Positions 37,302-49,559 are shown, counted from the first letter of the whole stretch. The stretch: 63,900 nucleotides of DNA, filler included, from Chiloscyllium plagiosum (GCF_004010195.1; 6 parts of one record of this genome joined end to end with filler, not necessarily neighbours in it); one strand, 5' to 3'. Made by a program: numbers and translations. Notes: generated by a model from the sequence alone, not told the origin.

Positions 37302-40300
37302 TCAAAACTGAAGTCTGGGTGGAATGCAAGTGGAAAGATGTCTCCATGAGTAGAGAGACTAGGACCCAAGTGCACAGTCTTAAAGTGAAGGCGCAACCCT
37401 TTCGAATGGAAATTAATACGTTCAGTCAGAGGGTGTTGCATCTGTAGATCTCATAGCCTTCAAAACTTTCTGTGGCAATGTCATTGACTATATTTAAGAC
37501 AGAGATAGATAGATTCTTGTATAGGAAGGGGATCAAGGTGAAGGCAGAAGAATGGGGTTGAGAAACGTCAAAATCATCATCACATGGCTGACCAGATACA
37601 CTGGGCTGAATGGACTAATTCTTCTTCTGTACCTTATGGTCTATGGTCTAATGGATTCCACTACACCACCTTTCGACCACTCGTGCTCCTGATGGCAAGC
37701 AGTGCAGATTTCAACCTGCTGATATCATTGCCCATGAGTTGGAGGCCTAACAAGTATCATATATATGTTCAGCATCACCTCCGTTCTCTTGTACTCTGAG
37801 CTCAAGATTTGTTGCCTCACTCGTGAAAATCCATACCAATGTTCCAGGCCACTCTCCCCACCCCAGATGACCCAATATGAAAATGCCATTTCTCCATTCA
37901 CAGATCCTACCTGAATTCCACTCACTGTAGCTGAGTCATATCATAACTATATTAAGTCTGTGAATGCTCATGAGAAAAACACCCATTCACAATCCGTCTT
38001 GAAGAAAACTGTTGTTCTTACAATCTTCAGAAAAAGTGTCAGACATTGCAATTCATAATCTGAATAACTAGGTTTACTCATTTCACAGGTCAGAAACCTG
38101 TCCAAATAAATGTGGAGAGACATTAAAAAAACCCAAAAGATAATAACTTCAAAAGATGTCAAAACTAACACTCCAACGGCTACTGCTGTAAACAGATACC
38201 ATACTGAGCTGATCCATTACAGATCAATCAAGCATTCATAATGAGGGACCTGGCAATTATATTAACAGACAGATGGCGAGACATTTTTCCAGATGGCTGT
38301 TTAAGTCATCATGCTTGTTTCTGTCTGGGCACATGTCTATTCAGTCCTATTTGCTATTTAGTTTAACTATTTAGTTTAAAACGATATAAGCTAAACTGTT
38401 GCCCTGTTCCTCCCACCCCTCCTCAGTTGAAGCAAAACGCTCAGAGAGACAGTACTTTTACCTCCATCTTTATTCTGGAGGGAGACAGAGAGAAAATGAT
38501 CACCCATGTGCACAGGGATATGGATTCCCAGTCTTCTCTGGCACAGCAGTTTCTTAATGAATTATATTGTCATTTTACAGGGAGAAGCATTTGGATAAGG
38601 TAACATACATATTGATTGGATGACCGTTACAACCAGCAAACATCAACAGTAAAGATTAAGCCATCTGCTGTTACACAATGAATGTTCTTAACCTTAAATG
38701 GCTTCACATAATGAATTCTTTTCATCTTGTTAAACTGACACTATATACTTAATGCTTTCAACATTGTTAAAGGCTCTACATAATACATGTTTTTCCACCT
38801 TGTTAACCCATTACCCTAAGCTCCAGCATCCCATTGTTAACTGCAAGTTCTTATCTGTTCTGAGTCATGTTCAGCTGAACCTCTTGTTTCACAAAACTCA
38901 AAACTTAAATCTTTCCCTACCTGCTCATACCCAATACAAATTCTCATTCCCTCCTTTTGTCATTTCATGATTACCACCTGGACAGCACTACCAACTTTTC
39001 TGAGACTCTGATAGCCAGTATTTAAGCAAGTTATTGACACACAGCATACAATGATTGTAACAACAAAAATTACTCGCCTGTTACAGTAAATAGAATTTGA
39101 ACGATCCTACCATCTGGAAAAGAAATCACTAGTAAAGTTCTTAAATCCACAGTCTTTAGTGACCACTCCATCCCCTCCAAGTCGAGTGGTAACGAGCCAA
39201 TACTCCAAAATCTCCTTCAGTAAAGTCCAATCTGAAAACAAAATCCAGTCTGTCCTCATGCATCACTCCATAGAGAAACAACAATCAACAGTCCTAAAAT
39301 CAAACCCTCGGGTATCTCATTCAGGTTATTCAAAAATTATTTTCCTTTAATAAATTAATACTTGGCTAATGTGAAAGCTGTCAGGAAAAGTATTTCCAAA
39401 ATCTGGAACAGCAAGAAAACAACATCTTCCCTGTGCCTTAGCCATTGAAGAGGCAGTTTCAGTTCTGATTTAAATCTCAAACATTCGTGGGAAACAAATG
39501 CTGAATATTTTAAAACATGTTCTCCAAATGAAACTTCCCAAATAAAACAATCGGAATCATAGTGGCAACTTTGGTAGAGATCAACATTCTTTGAATTTGC
39601 AATATGAAAGGGGCCAATGAAGTCTTACCAATAATGAACAGAACTAAAACAGGTCAGCCTCAAGTTCTAACATTCTGTAAATTCTTAACAAAACATCAAA
39701 CTCAAAATGCACTTCTTTTTGTGAACACTGTGCATTAAAAAAACAGCAAAGATATTTTAATACAATATTCTCATCTGGCTAAAGCATGACCATTGACCCA
39801 ACTGTTTTTTTTTAAAAACAGGCATTGTAGAATTTCAAACAGATCAATTTGTTTTAAGGACATAATGTTGGACAATTCAATATAAAAACAAAATCTGCCC
39901 CATTACATTGCCCACAAAACACACTGAATTGAGATCCTAACTCAAGCAAGGCAAAACAGTTGCTCAAAAGGATTTTCTGAACCAGGATTTTAACAATCCA
40001 AAATTTTTAAACATCAAAATTTCCTTTTTCAACACAAGTGTTAGTACAACCTTAATTTCAGCATTTCTTGGTTTTTTTTTGGATCCTCTCACTGAAATGA
40101 TACTTCTAAAAAGAGAAAGCCCTTGCAGCGGACCACACGGGTCTCTTTCCTCCAGAACAAAGACTTGCAGAGCCTTAAATTTCACCACTCGGGGACTTTA
40201 ACCCCTTTCTCACTTTACTTCTCACGGGGGCTCACTTAAACTGAAAGCTCAAACCCCAGCACAGCAGGGAGGACTCAAACCTCACTTAAACCCATTCAGT

Positions 40301-40599
40301 AGACTTGAACCCCAATACTGCACAGAGGACTCTAACCTCATCACCCCCACCCCAGGGGACTCAAACCCCAGTACCATACAGAGGACATGAACCTCTGTTT
40401 GTCAGCAAGTTTGCATCTGCCTCTCTCAACTGAACTAATTACCATTATCTATTTCTGATATCTGAAATCTTCATGGTCTAAACTGGGTTTCAAAATTAAG
40501 TAAAATGGACCCAAAACAACTGTTGAAATAATTTGAACATAAATGAAGGCAAAGTCAGGAAACCAAAGTGGAATAAATGAAATGATCTGGAATGAAATA

Positions 40600-41840
40600 A
40601 AACTGGGGAGTCCAGAATCAGGGGTCACTGTTTAAGGATATGGGGTAGGCCATTTAAAATGGGGATAAGGAAAAGTGTCTTTACCCAGAGAGTGGTGAGC
40701 CTGTACCACTGAAAGCGCTTGAGGTTGAGGCCAAAATATTGAATATTTTTAGAGCTGAGTTAGCCATAATATTTATAGACTCCCCAGTGTGGAAACAGCA
40801 CCAACAAGTCCGAAGAACATCCCATAAGGCCATAAGACATAGGAAGAGAAATTAGACTTTTCAGTCCGTCTGCTGCTAAGTTTCTCAACCCCATTCCTTT
40901 GACAATCAAGTCTCAGTCTCAAATATACCCAATGACCTGGCCTCCACAGCCTTCTGTGGCAGTGAATTCCATTGATGCACCACTCTCTGGCTCAGGAAGT
41001 CTCTCCTTATCTCCATTCTAAAAAAAGTGTTCCTTTTACTCAAAGGCTGTGCCCTCGGGTCCTAGCATGTCTTACCAATGAAAACACTCTGTCCAGGCCA
41101 TTCAGTATTCTTTGAGTTTCAATTAGATCCTCCCATCATTCTTTTAAAGTCCATCGAGTATAGACCCAGAGTCCTAAAACTTTCCAGCTTTTCATTGCTG
41201 GGACCATTCTCATACTCTGAACCCACTCCAGGATTAGTACATCTTTCTGTGAATTGGGGCCCAAAACTGCACATAATACTCCAAATGTGGTCTGACCAGA
41301 GCCTTATAGGGCCTCAAACACATCCCTGCTTTTATGTTCAAGTCCTCTCAAAATAAATGCCACCTTTGCATTTGGCTTCGGAACTACTGATTCAACCTGC
41401 AAGTTTACCTTGAGAGAAACCTGGACTAGAACTCCCAAGTCTCTTTGCACTTCAGACTTTTGAATTTTCTCTCCATTTAGAAAATAGTCCATGCCTTTAT
41501 TCTTCCTACCAAAGGGCATGACCTCACATTTTCCCACATTGTACTTAATCTGCCACTTTTTTGCCCACTCTTCTAACCTGTCCAAACCCTTCTACACCCT
41601 CCCTGCCTCCTCAATGCTACCTGTCCCTTGAGCTTATCTGTGTTTTTTAATTGCTTCCAATATATACATCTTACCTTAAAATGAGGAATGCAATACTACA
41701 AACGCAGTTCAGGTCTCACCAGTACACTGTACAATCGAAGTATTACCTCCCTAGTTTTACATTCAATTCCCTTCACAATTATTGATGACATTCTATTTGC
41801 TTTCTTAATTATTCGTTGTACCTGTATTCTAACGTTTTGC
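40600..41840. mobile_element. Cluster of CR1 3' fragments in both orientations
   Basis: DRLEEWAKKWQIKYNVGKCEVM on -; CR1 tails near 40830-40860. Confidence 0.7.
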
Positions 41841-42322
41841 TATGGATGCACTAGGTCAGGCAGATTTTTCTAATTTTTGGAGTTCTGCAACAGCTCACCA
41901 GTTATATAATGTTTTATTCTTATTCTTTTTTTGAAAATGGACAATTTCTCATTTTCCCTACATTATGATCCAGCTTTGCCAACTCAAAATGGGGAGTTAA
42001 TAAGTCACAGCTTGAGAAGGATAAGATGTAAAAATTAGCAGGACAGTGTTACCTGCTTGTTTATGTCTGACAAAGTACTAGACAGACTATGTATTCACTC
42101 CACAAGTGATGATGAAAAAGGCAATGAAGGAGATCTAATGCTCAATGGTCATGATGCCAAAGCAGTGCATGGCAATCATTTAAACTAAAAGGTTAATAGA
42201 ATTACATAGGCAGAACAGTAAAATATGCAACAAAACAGGTAATAAAACATTCTGGTATTTAGCTGGACCATGTCTTCAATATCAAAGGTTGAAAAAATTA
42301 ATCTCCACTACAGTGGATATAA

Positions 42323-42389
42323 TTTGGAGATGCCAGTGTTGGACTGGGGTGTACAAAGTTAAAAATCATCTGGTATTGTGTGATTTTTA
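42323..42389 (-). mobile_element. 67-bp Penelope-derived insert (family C end) with small inversion and 13-bp target-site duplication
   Basis: ACAGTGGATATAA at 42310-42322 and 42390-42402; the first part is the reverse complement of ~44790-44824. Confidence 0.7.
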
Positions 42390-44697
42390 ACAGTGGATAT
42401 AAGAGGTGATGCAAGAGACTTTCATTGTGGAAACGGAGCACTAGAAAAATGATGAAGGATACAATGCTACTTAAAAATAAATTGTGGTAGAAGTAGGAAA
42501 CAGGCTCATTTCAGAAAAGTGTAATTTTAGAACTGATGAAATCTTTCACTCGGCTATAAATAATCAACGTGTACAATAAACTTTCAAATACAGTGGTGGA
42601 ACTAAAATTCCTAGATTAATTTAGACAATATTGCAAATGACAGAGAACAGCGGCATGCATTAGAAACCCGATTAGATCAATTAAAATGGGCTGACTGGCA
42701 TTTCTTATACATTAAAACTCAGGATTCATAACTATATCCATACAATAATTAAGTGGTTTGTACATTACCCCCATGAATCCAAATCCTCCTCTGCAACAGT
42801 CCCAGACAATCATATTCCAATCCATTAGAAATCTCTGCAATATAAGTTATCCTATACTAGCTGGGGGACCAGATCTTAATGGAGAAATGGTGTCATAGTG
42901 ATGGCAATGTATCAGGAATCCAGAGATCCAGGTTAATTTTCTGAGGCCATGGGTGTAAATCTCACCACAGCAGTTGGCAGAATTAAATTTCTAGTAATAA
43001 CTATGTAGTTGGAAGCTAGAATCACTGTGACAACTAGCATGAATGTCATTAATAAAAAGAACTGATTCACAGAGGTGCTTTAAGCAAGGAAATCTGCCAT
43101 CCTCATCCAGTCTGGCCTACAGCAAGTTTGTTGACTTTAAACTGGTCTCCACAATGGACTTGCAAGCCACTCATTTCAAAGGCAACCTTGAGCCCTTCTG
43201 TTTCCAAAGAATGGATCCTGACGACATATAAAATGCATGACATTTCCTAGTATGTGCAACAACCTTGACTATTACCTTAAATCGAAGTTTAGTGTAACTG
43301 TTAGCACATTTGGGATTGTTTGACAAGTACTGCCCAATGGCAGAATCATATCTAACAGTACAAGACTGTGGGAAATTGCAATTATTGTTTACTCAACACT
43401 GACCACAAAAATAGAACCAGCGTGTTTGTGCTAATGTTCTTGATAAAAATAGTATGAAACCAAGGAAATTAAAATACAACCCAAAGCCCCAACATCTTGT
43501 TCCTGTACATAAACAGTAGGCCTTTTTAACAATACAGTTCCAACTAAAAAGACATAGTAACATATTTCAGATATACAATTCTACCCTTACTATAGCAATT
43601 GATCCACCCCATGGCATCACAAAGGCAAATGGATGGTTTCAGTCGATTGGTGCAAGTTTTATTTGGTTAGCATTAATTGAAAAGGCATTATTTTCAAGTA
43701 GAGCGGAAGTTGCTGGCAGGTCATGTCTCATCCCACAATCAGTTGCATAATTGTTGACATTTTTGCAGACAAGACATAAGAAATAGGTTATACAGTCTCT
43801 CAGCTGTCTCATTATGTATAAGCTCAAGCATTCCCATTCATTCTATAAGGCTGTGGCTTTCCCACCCAATCCTCATAATTCCCAATTTCCCATGCCCAAA
43901 ACAAAGTCTATTAATATCCTCGAGTGTTCACAACATTACCACATCCTTCTGGGGTAGAAAGCGTCAAGGAATTACAATCCTGTGTGAAGAAACATCTTGA
44001 ATCCTAAACAGCCATTCCATTACCTTCATAATGCAACCCCCAGTTCTAAACTCAGAATCCAAGGGAAGATCCTCTTAATATCTACCCAATCAAGTTCTTT
44101 AATAATTGTATATGCTTCAATGAGGGAAGATAGTGGTGTACTAATAATGTCACAATTTGCAATCCCAGGCCCAGGCTAATATTTCAGGTTCATATTCTAC
44201 TCTGAAAACTGGTGGGATTTAAATTCAAGTGCTAAATTTCAGAGTTGAAAGCTAGTTATAGTACTGGTCATCATGAAACGATCAATTGTCGTAAAAACCC
44301 AACTGATTCATAAATATCCATGGGTTGGAAATCTACTATTTTACACCTGATCTCACCTACAGATTGATAGGAACATGATCAGGTCTTAACAGACCACTGA
44401 AATAGCCTAACAAACCACTCCATTCAAAGGTGATTAGGGATGCACAACAAATTCTGGTCTCGTCAATAACAGTCTTAAACCAAGAATGAATAAGTTAAAA
44501 TCTCCTCCCATTCTTCTTAACTATTGTGAATTCTTACCAATCTACACAACTGATGTTTATGTTGCTTCAGCTTAAACATAATTTTTTAATTGCATTCCTT
44601 GACCACTTCTGGATATCTATTTAAAATGTGGTGCTGTCCAAAGAGTAGTTGAATTAATTACTTGCCTACCTTTCCTCAACATAACAGCAAGAAGCTG

Positions 44698-44827
44698 CAC
44701 AACCACCTGATGAAGGAGCAGCACTCCGAAAGCTAGTGCTTCCAATTAAACCTGTTGGATTATAACTTGGTGTTGTGCGATTATTAATTTTGTACACCCC
44801 AGTCCAACACCAGCATCTCCAAATCAT
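44698..44827 (+). mobile_element. Penelope-like end (family C) with hammerhead motif at 44704-44738
   Basis: CAC-CTGATGA-A-GGAG-CAGCA-CTCC-GAAA-G-CTA-GTG; flanks AGCAAGAAGCTG and AGCATGAAGCTG. Confidence 0.7.
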
Positions 44828-45449
44828 AAGCATGAAGCTGGAATTTCTTCACTTACATCAGAAAGAATGAAAGTCTCTTGAATATTGCGAGTGATTTGCA
44901 GCTGAAACTCCAAATCAAACCAAGATTCCACAAATTGTGCACTAACAAACAAGCTCATTCTGCTCAGATAAAGCTGACGTACTAAATGTTCTTTTTATGT
45001 TCAAGTTCATTCTTGACATTATGCGCTTTACATTGCTTCCTAAGCTCCTCCAGAGATGATAAAATGTGTCCTTGGAAAAGACGAACCTTTGCCAATATAG
45101 GTTGGGAATCTCTACAATGAACCGTTATTGTTAGATGACTTTTTGAAAAAAAACCTGTTACATTCATTGCTTAAAGTTAAACGCATACCAAAAAGCTTAT
45201 TTAGCACAGTTTCCCTTTCTATGATCACAGTAAAAACAAACTCTTTGGCGATGATCCATCAGCTTTTTTTTCACAATGGACACATACATATAAAAAACTT
45301 TACACGTCTTACATTGAGAAGGGGCGGTTATATTTAGTGCTTTGACCCCTATGTTTCATGTACTTCCTGGCGCGCTCTCTTCAGCTTCCCTTCCAGCTCC
45401 TGACACACGCGCGCACACACACACTGAGAGAGAAGCAAAGGCGCCTCAC

Positions 45450-45659
45450 CTCGTCTACTGTCCGCTTGGGAAGGTGCAGGATCCCCAAAAGCAGTTTGAG
45501 CTTCACTGCCGACGATAAACCGTGAAAACACACTCGGATATTGTCCACGACATCCTTAGTGAGCAACGAAGCGATGCTAGGAGGCGCCCAGAGCTCATCG
45601 GCTGAGCCGAGCTTGTTGTGCAGCCACAAACCTGTGTCGCTCTCCCTCATGGACGCCAT
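45450..45659 (-). CDS. NELFA: Negative elongation factor A, first coding exon (70 codons): MASMRESDTGLWLHNKLGSADELWAPPSIASLLTKDVVDNIRVCFHGLSSAVKLKLLLGILHLPKRTVDE
   Basis: Recognised NELFA/WHSC2 N-terminus; AAGATGG start context; GAG|gtgagg donor. Confidence 0.97.
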
Positions 45660-46186
45660 CTTGAAGAAGGAGATTTGAATGGACGGGCATTAACCGGGAC
45701 GACGAGAGCCTTTGCTGTGGGCTCCGCCTCCTTGCCATAGGGTCACGCCCCCTCGCCGCTGGGTCCCTTTTCCTACAACCGCAACACAACCACGCTGCAG
45801 CCCCGCCCACATCCCAAAACCCTCCCCCACTCCTGTTGGGGAGCCGCCAATGAAAGAACGGCCAATGCTGCAGTCAGTCAATATGGTTGACGTGAGGGAG
45901 AACCGCCTCCCCTGTCGGGCCGCTTCGCCGATTGGTTAAACATCACGTCGATCATATACATGACCGCCCTTCCCTACGCAACCGTTGCTCGCCTGGTCAG
46001 ATCGAGGCGGGGCTGTTTGGGACGGTCGAGTGGTTTTAAATTTGAAATCTTTCTCTCGGTAGGTTTTATACTTAGAACGGTTTTGAGAGGGGTTCGTTGC
46101 CATTTAATTTTTAAAAATGCAGTTTTTCGATAGGTAATTGGAAATAACGCAGGTTTTCTTCCCCCACCCATCCTCGTCTGAAACAG
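45660..46186. promoter_or_regulatory. CpG-island bidirectional promoter shared by NELFA and NICOL1
   Basis: Sharp CpG enrichment ~45350-46340; CCAAT at 45847 and 45862, ATTGG at 45931; TGACGT at 45888; YY1-like CAAGATGGCG over the NELFA ATG; the two ATGs are 558 bp apart. Confidence 0.8.
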
Positions 46187-46217
46187 GGTCGCTGCTGCTG
46201 CCGCCGTCGCGGCGATC

Positions 46218-46311
46218 ATGGCCGTTCCTTCGCTCTGCGTCTTCGTCCTGCTCGCTGCCGGCTTCATAGTCGAAGCCAACGGCGAATCTGGGACTGTGAT
46301 CCCGGCTGAAA
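46218..46311 (+). CDS. NICOL1: NICOL1/C4orf48 first coding exon: MAVPSLCVFVLLAAGFIVEANGESGTVIPAE (signal peptide)
   Basis: ATCATGG start; hydrophobic signal peptide; GTVIPAE-S matches the segment preceding the conserved RPCVDCHAFEFMQ; A|gtaagt donor; acceptor aaacag at 46181-46186; head-to-head with NELFA as in human. Confidence 0.85.
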
Positions 46312-46586
46312 GTAAGTTCCCGATTCTCTTTTCCCCCACCCATGTCCAAATCCGTATTTTCATTGCATGACAGTTTGAACTGTCTTGGATAGGGCTTGCT
46401 GACTGTCCTGGGTTGCCTGGGAAACTCCTGGAATTAAAGGTCCGTTTTCCAGGAGGCTGCTGAGAGCAAAACGAAATAAAGACGCATCCCGGCGTGAAAG
46501 CGGAACGTGTCTTGGCTTTTTTTTAAAAAAGCCTTTGCATGTATGTTTATTCACATTTTAGAGCACTGGGTAGTGATGGTAAGGGT

Positions 46587-47262
46587 TTATCCCTTTCTAC
46601 TGCAAAGATGTCTCTAAGGGAAGGGAAACCCATTATGTCTTTCTATCAAGCTTCTTTGTTGTATCGAATGGATAACTAGAGATGGCTCTAGTCATCAATA
46701 CCTACATACCAATTTGTATGGCTAATTATCAAAACCCATCCAGCAAGCAAATGGTTTGTTTGATTTTGCTCTTCCAGGTATCATGGTAAGGTGGTATATG
46801 CTATATGTTTTGGGTAGGCAGAAGTGGGTACCGCAGATGATGGAGATCAGAGTCAAGATTAGAGGGGTGCTGGAAAAGCACAGCAGGTCAGGCAGCATCT
46901 GGGGAGCAGGAAAATTGACCTTTCAGGCAAAAGCCCTCCATCAGGAATGGGTATGTGTTGGGTGACCAGCGGCAGGAAGATGTATGACTACCTCCAGCTC
47001 AGCCAAAATTAATCTTAAAAGTGATAATGGTACAGGTAATCCCAGAATGGCAGTTTCAGAAGTTGGATTCAGATAAAACAAAAATCTGGAATATAAAATT
47101 GGCAGTGAAAGTGACTGTGAAGCTGTCCAGTTGTCATGTACATCCATTTGCTGTAAAGATGTGCCTTAGGGAAGGAAACCCGATTTGTCCTTCTATTGAG
47201 CCTCTTTATTGTATCAAATGGATAACTAGGAGTGGCTGTAGTCAGCAATACCTACATACCAA
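46587..47262 (+). repeat. Two diverged ~125-bp copies (46587-46712, 47140-47262), each with an ~85-nt hairpin, SINE-related
   Basis: Shared AAAGATGT..GGGAAGG.AACCC...TGTATC.AATGGATAACTAG...CAATACCTACATACCAA. Confidence 0.75.
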
Positions 47263-47582
47263 GAATTAATTTTAAGAATTTAGGTTAAACATTTTGCTTA
47301 CAAAAGACTTTCCCTTCTGATATTGTATTCAGAAAGACTGGGGCAAAAAATACTTGGGTATGGACACTGCCAGTTAGCTTAAGTTTTTGTAAGTCAGTAG
47401 GGATTTGTGAAAAAATAATGTTTAATCAATTTATTGAAGTTCTTTCAGGAAGTAATATGTTGTGGGTAAAGAGAAACCAATTGATCTACAAAATTTCCAG
47501 AGAATTTGATAAGATGCTACATAAAAGTTTTTTGTGGAAAATTAAAAGCAAGGTGTAATATATTGGCATGCATAGAAGATTG

Positions 47583-47798
47583 AAAAATGTGTTACTGAAA
47601 AAGCGCAGCAGGTCAGGCAGCATCCAAGGAGCAGGAGAATTGACGTTTCGGGCATAAGCCCTTCTTCAGGAATCTTCTTTAGGGCTTATGCCCAAAATGT
47701 CGATTCTCCTGCTCCTTGGATGTTGCCTGACCTGCTGCGCTTTTCCAGCAACACATTTTTCAGCTCTGATCTCCAGCATCTGCAGTCCTCACTTTCTC
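47583..47798 (+). mobile_element. Fold-back Penelope-derived mini-element with 16-bp target-site duplication, inside a CR1 RT remnant
   Basis: CATGCATAGAAGATTG at 47567-47582 and 47799-47814; inverted arms. Confidence 0.85.
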
Positions 47799-49175
47799 CA
47801 TGCATAGAAGATTGGCTAGCTAACAAGAAAAAGGTGTTATTGGGTCAATTTCTAGTTGACAATGTGGTCTGCCACAAGGATCAATGCTGGGGATCTTGTG
47901 CTTTTATAATTGTTTAAGTTATTTGGATGAAAGGGCCTAAGGTAGAGTCACAAAATTTGCTAATGAATACAAAGATAGGTAGGGAAAGTAAGTTGTAAAG
48001 AAACTATTAAGAAAGCTTAATATGCAGCAAGTAATTAGGAAAGTTAATAGAATGTTAGTTATTGCAAGCAGGATAAAATACAAAACAGGGAGGTTATGGT
48101 TTATCTCTACAAGGCAGTAGTGAGACCATAATGAGAACACCTTGTACTGTATTAATCTCCTTATTTAATGATGGATGGATGGAGGTGTACTGGAGGCAGT
48201 TCAGAGAAGGTTTCCTACTCTAATATCTGAATTGGGAGGGTGTATTCGGAGGAAAGATTGGACAGGCTATGCTTGTATTCACTCGAATTCGTAAGAGTAA
48301 GAGGTGACTTGATTGAAATATATAGAATGCTGTGTGATCTTGACAGGATGAAGGTGAAAAGGATAGTTCCTCTGCATCTTTGGATCACTGATCTAAAATA
48401 AGGAGTTGCCCATTTAAGGCAAATTTGTTTTCTCTAGCTTGAATCTTTGGGACACTCTTCCTCAAGCGGTGGAAGCAGTCTTTTGAACATTTTTATTGTA
48501 GGTGTACTAAAGGGTCTGTTTCCATGCTGTATGACTATAACGCTTAAGTAGATGGATTCTTCATACGCAAGCAGATGCAGAATTATTAGGCTATGTGGGA
48601 AAGTGGAACTATCAGAATGCCTGTGATTTTTTTTGGAGGCTTGAGGAGATGATGTCCTGCTGTATCAAGTGACACTTGAAAAGAAATAACTACTCAATAG
48701 AACATAGGAACACGGATAGCATATTCAGCTCTTTGAGTTTGTTCCACCATTCGTTGAGATCATGGCTGATCTGTTGCCTAACTCCATACTCCTTAATACC
48801 TTTGCTCAACAAACAACAATCAAACTCAAATTTAAAACCAGCAACTGATCCAGCTGCCATGTGTTGAAGATAGTTCCAAACATCTAGTGTTTGAATATGG
48901 AATTCTTTCATTGCACTGCTTCTGAATAGACTGGCCCTTATTCTCAGACTATGCCTCTTGGTTCTAGAGTCCCCAACCAGTGGAAATAGTTTATATACTT
49001 TGACTTTTTCTGTTTAATATCTTGAAGACTTCGATCAGATCACCCTTCTACATTCTAGAGAAAAAGCAGTGAGGGGCTGGGTGCAGTTGCGTGGTAAATT
49101 TATGGGGAAAAAAAGTTAAGGAGGTGGAGGGCCTTGGAAAGATTGAGGTGTCCAGAACAAGTGATAGAGTTGGGA

Positions 49176-49505
49176 GTTTTGAGAAGATTTGTAGCTCAGG
49201 TTGATGTTCTGGATGCTCACTGACACCATTCCAGGTAATATCTTCAGTGAACCTCCGCATGAAGCGCTGGTGATGTAGCCAGCTTTCTCTTTGTGTTTAG
49301 GTTTTCTTGGGTAGTTGTCATTTTCTGTGCTTTTACTGAGAAAAAAACAGGAAATGACATCATCAACCCAAGGAAACCTAAATACATAAATAGAAAGCAG
49401 GCCATGCCCTTAGCGCTTCATCCGGAGGCTCACTGATGTTACCTAGTATGGTGATGAAACGTCTGAAAACAAACCTTCCAGCTCAGCGAGCAAACCTGCA
49501 TCCAA
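49176..49505. mobile_element. Fold-back Penelope-like end (family B)
   Basis: Inverted copies of the 7680-7880 sequence; flanks AGAGTTGGGA and AGAGTAGGGA. Confidence 0.7.
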
Positions 49506-49559
49506 AGAGTAGGGAAATAATCAGGAAGCTGATAAACGACAACTGAGAAGTGGGGCGGG

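Noticed and set aside
45974..46363. 129-aa minus-strand ORF and other ORFs in the CpG island
   Set aside because: Antisense to the NICOL1 exon; GC-rich sequence gives chance ORFs and there is no recognisable domain.
46587..46712. H/ACA snoRNA (ends ...CCTACATAC)
   Set aside because: Only one long hairpin, no convincing second hairpin, and the tail resembles a SINE/LINE 3' end.
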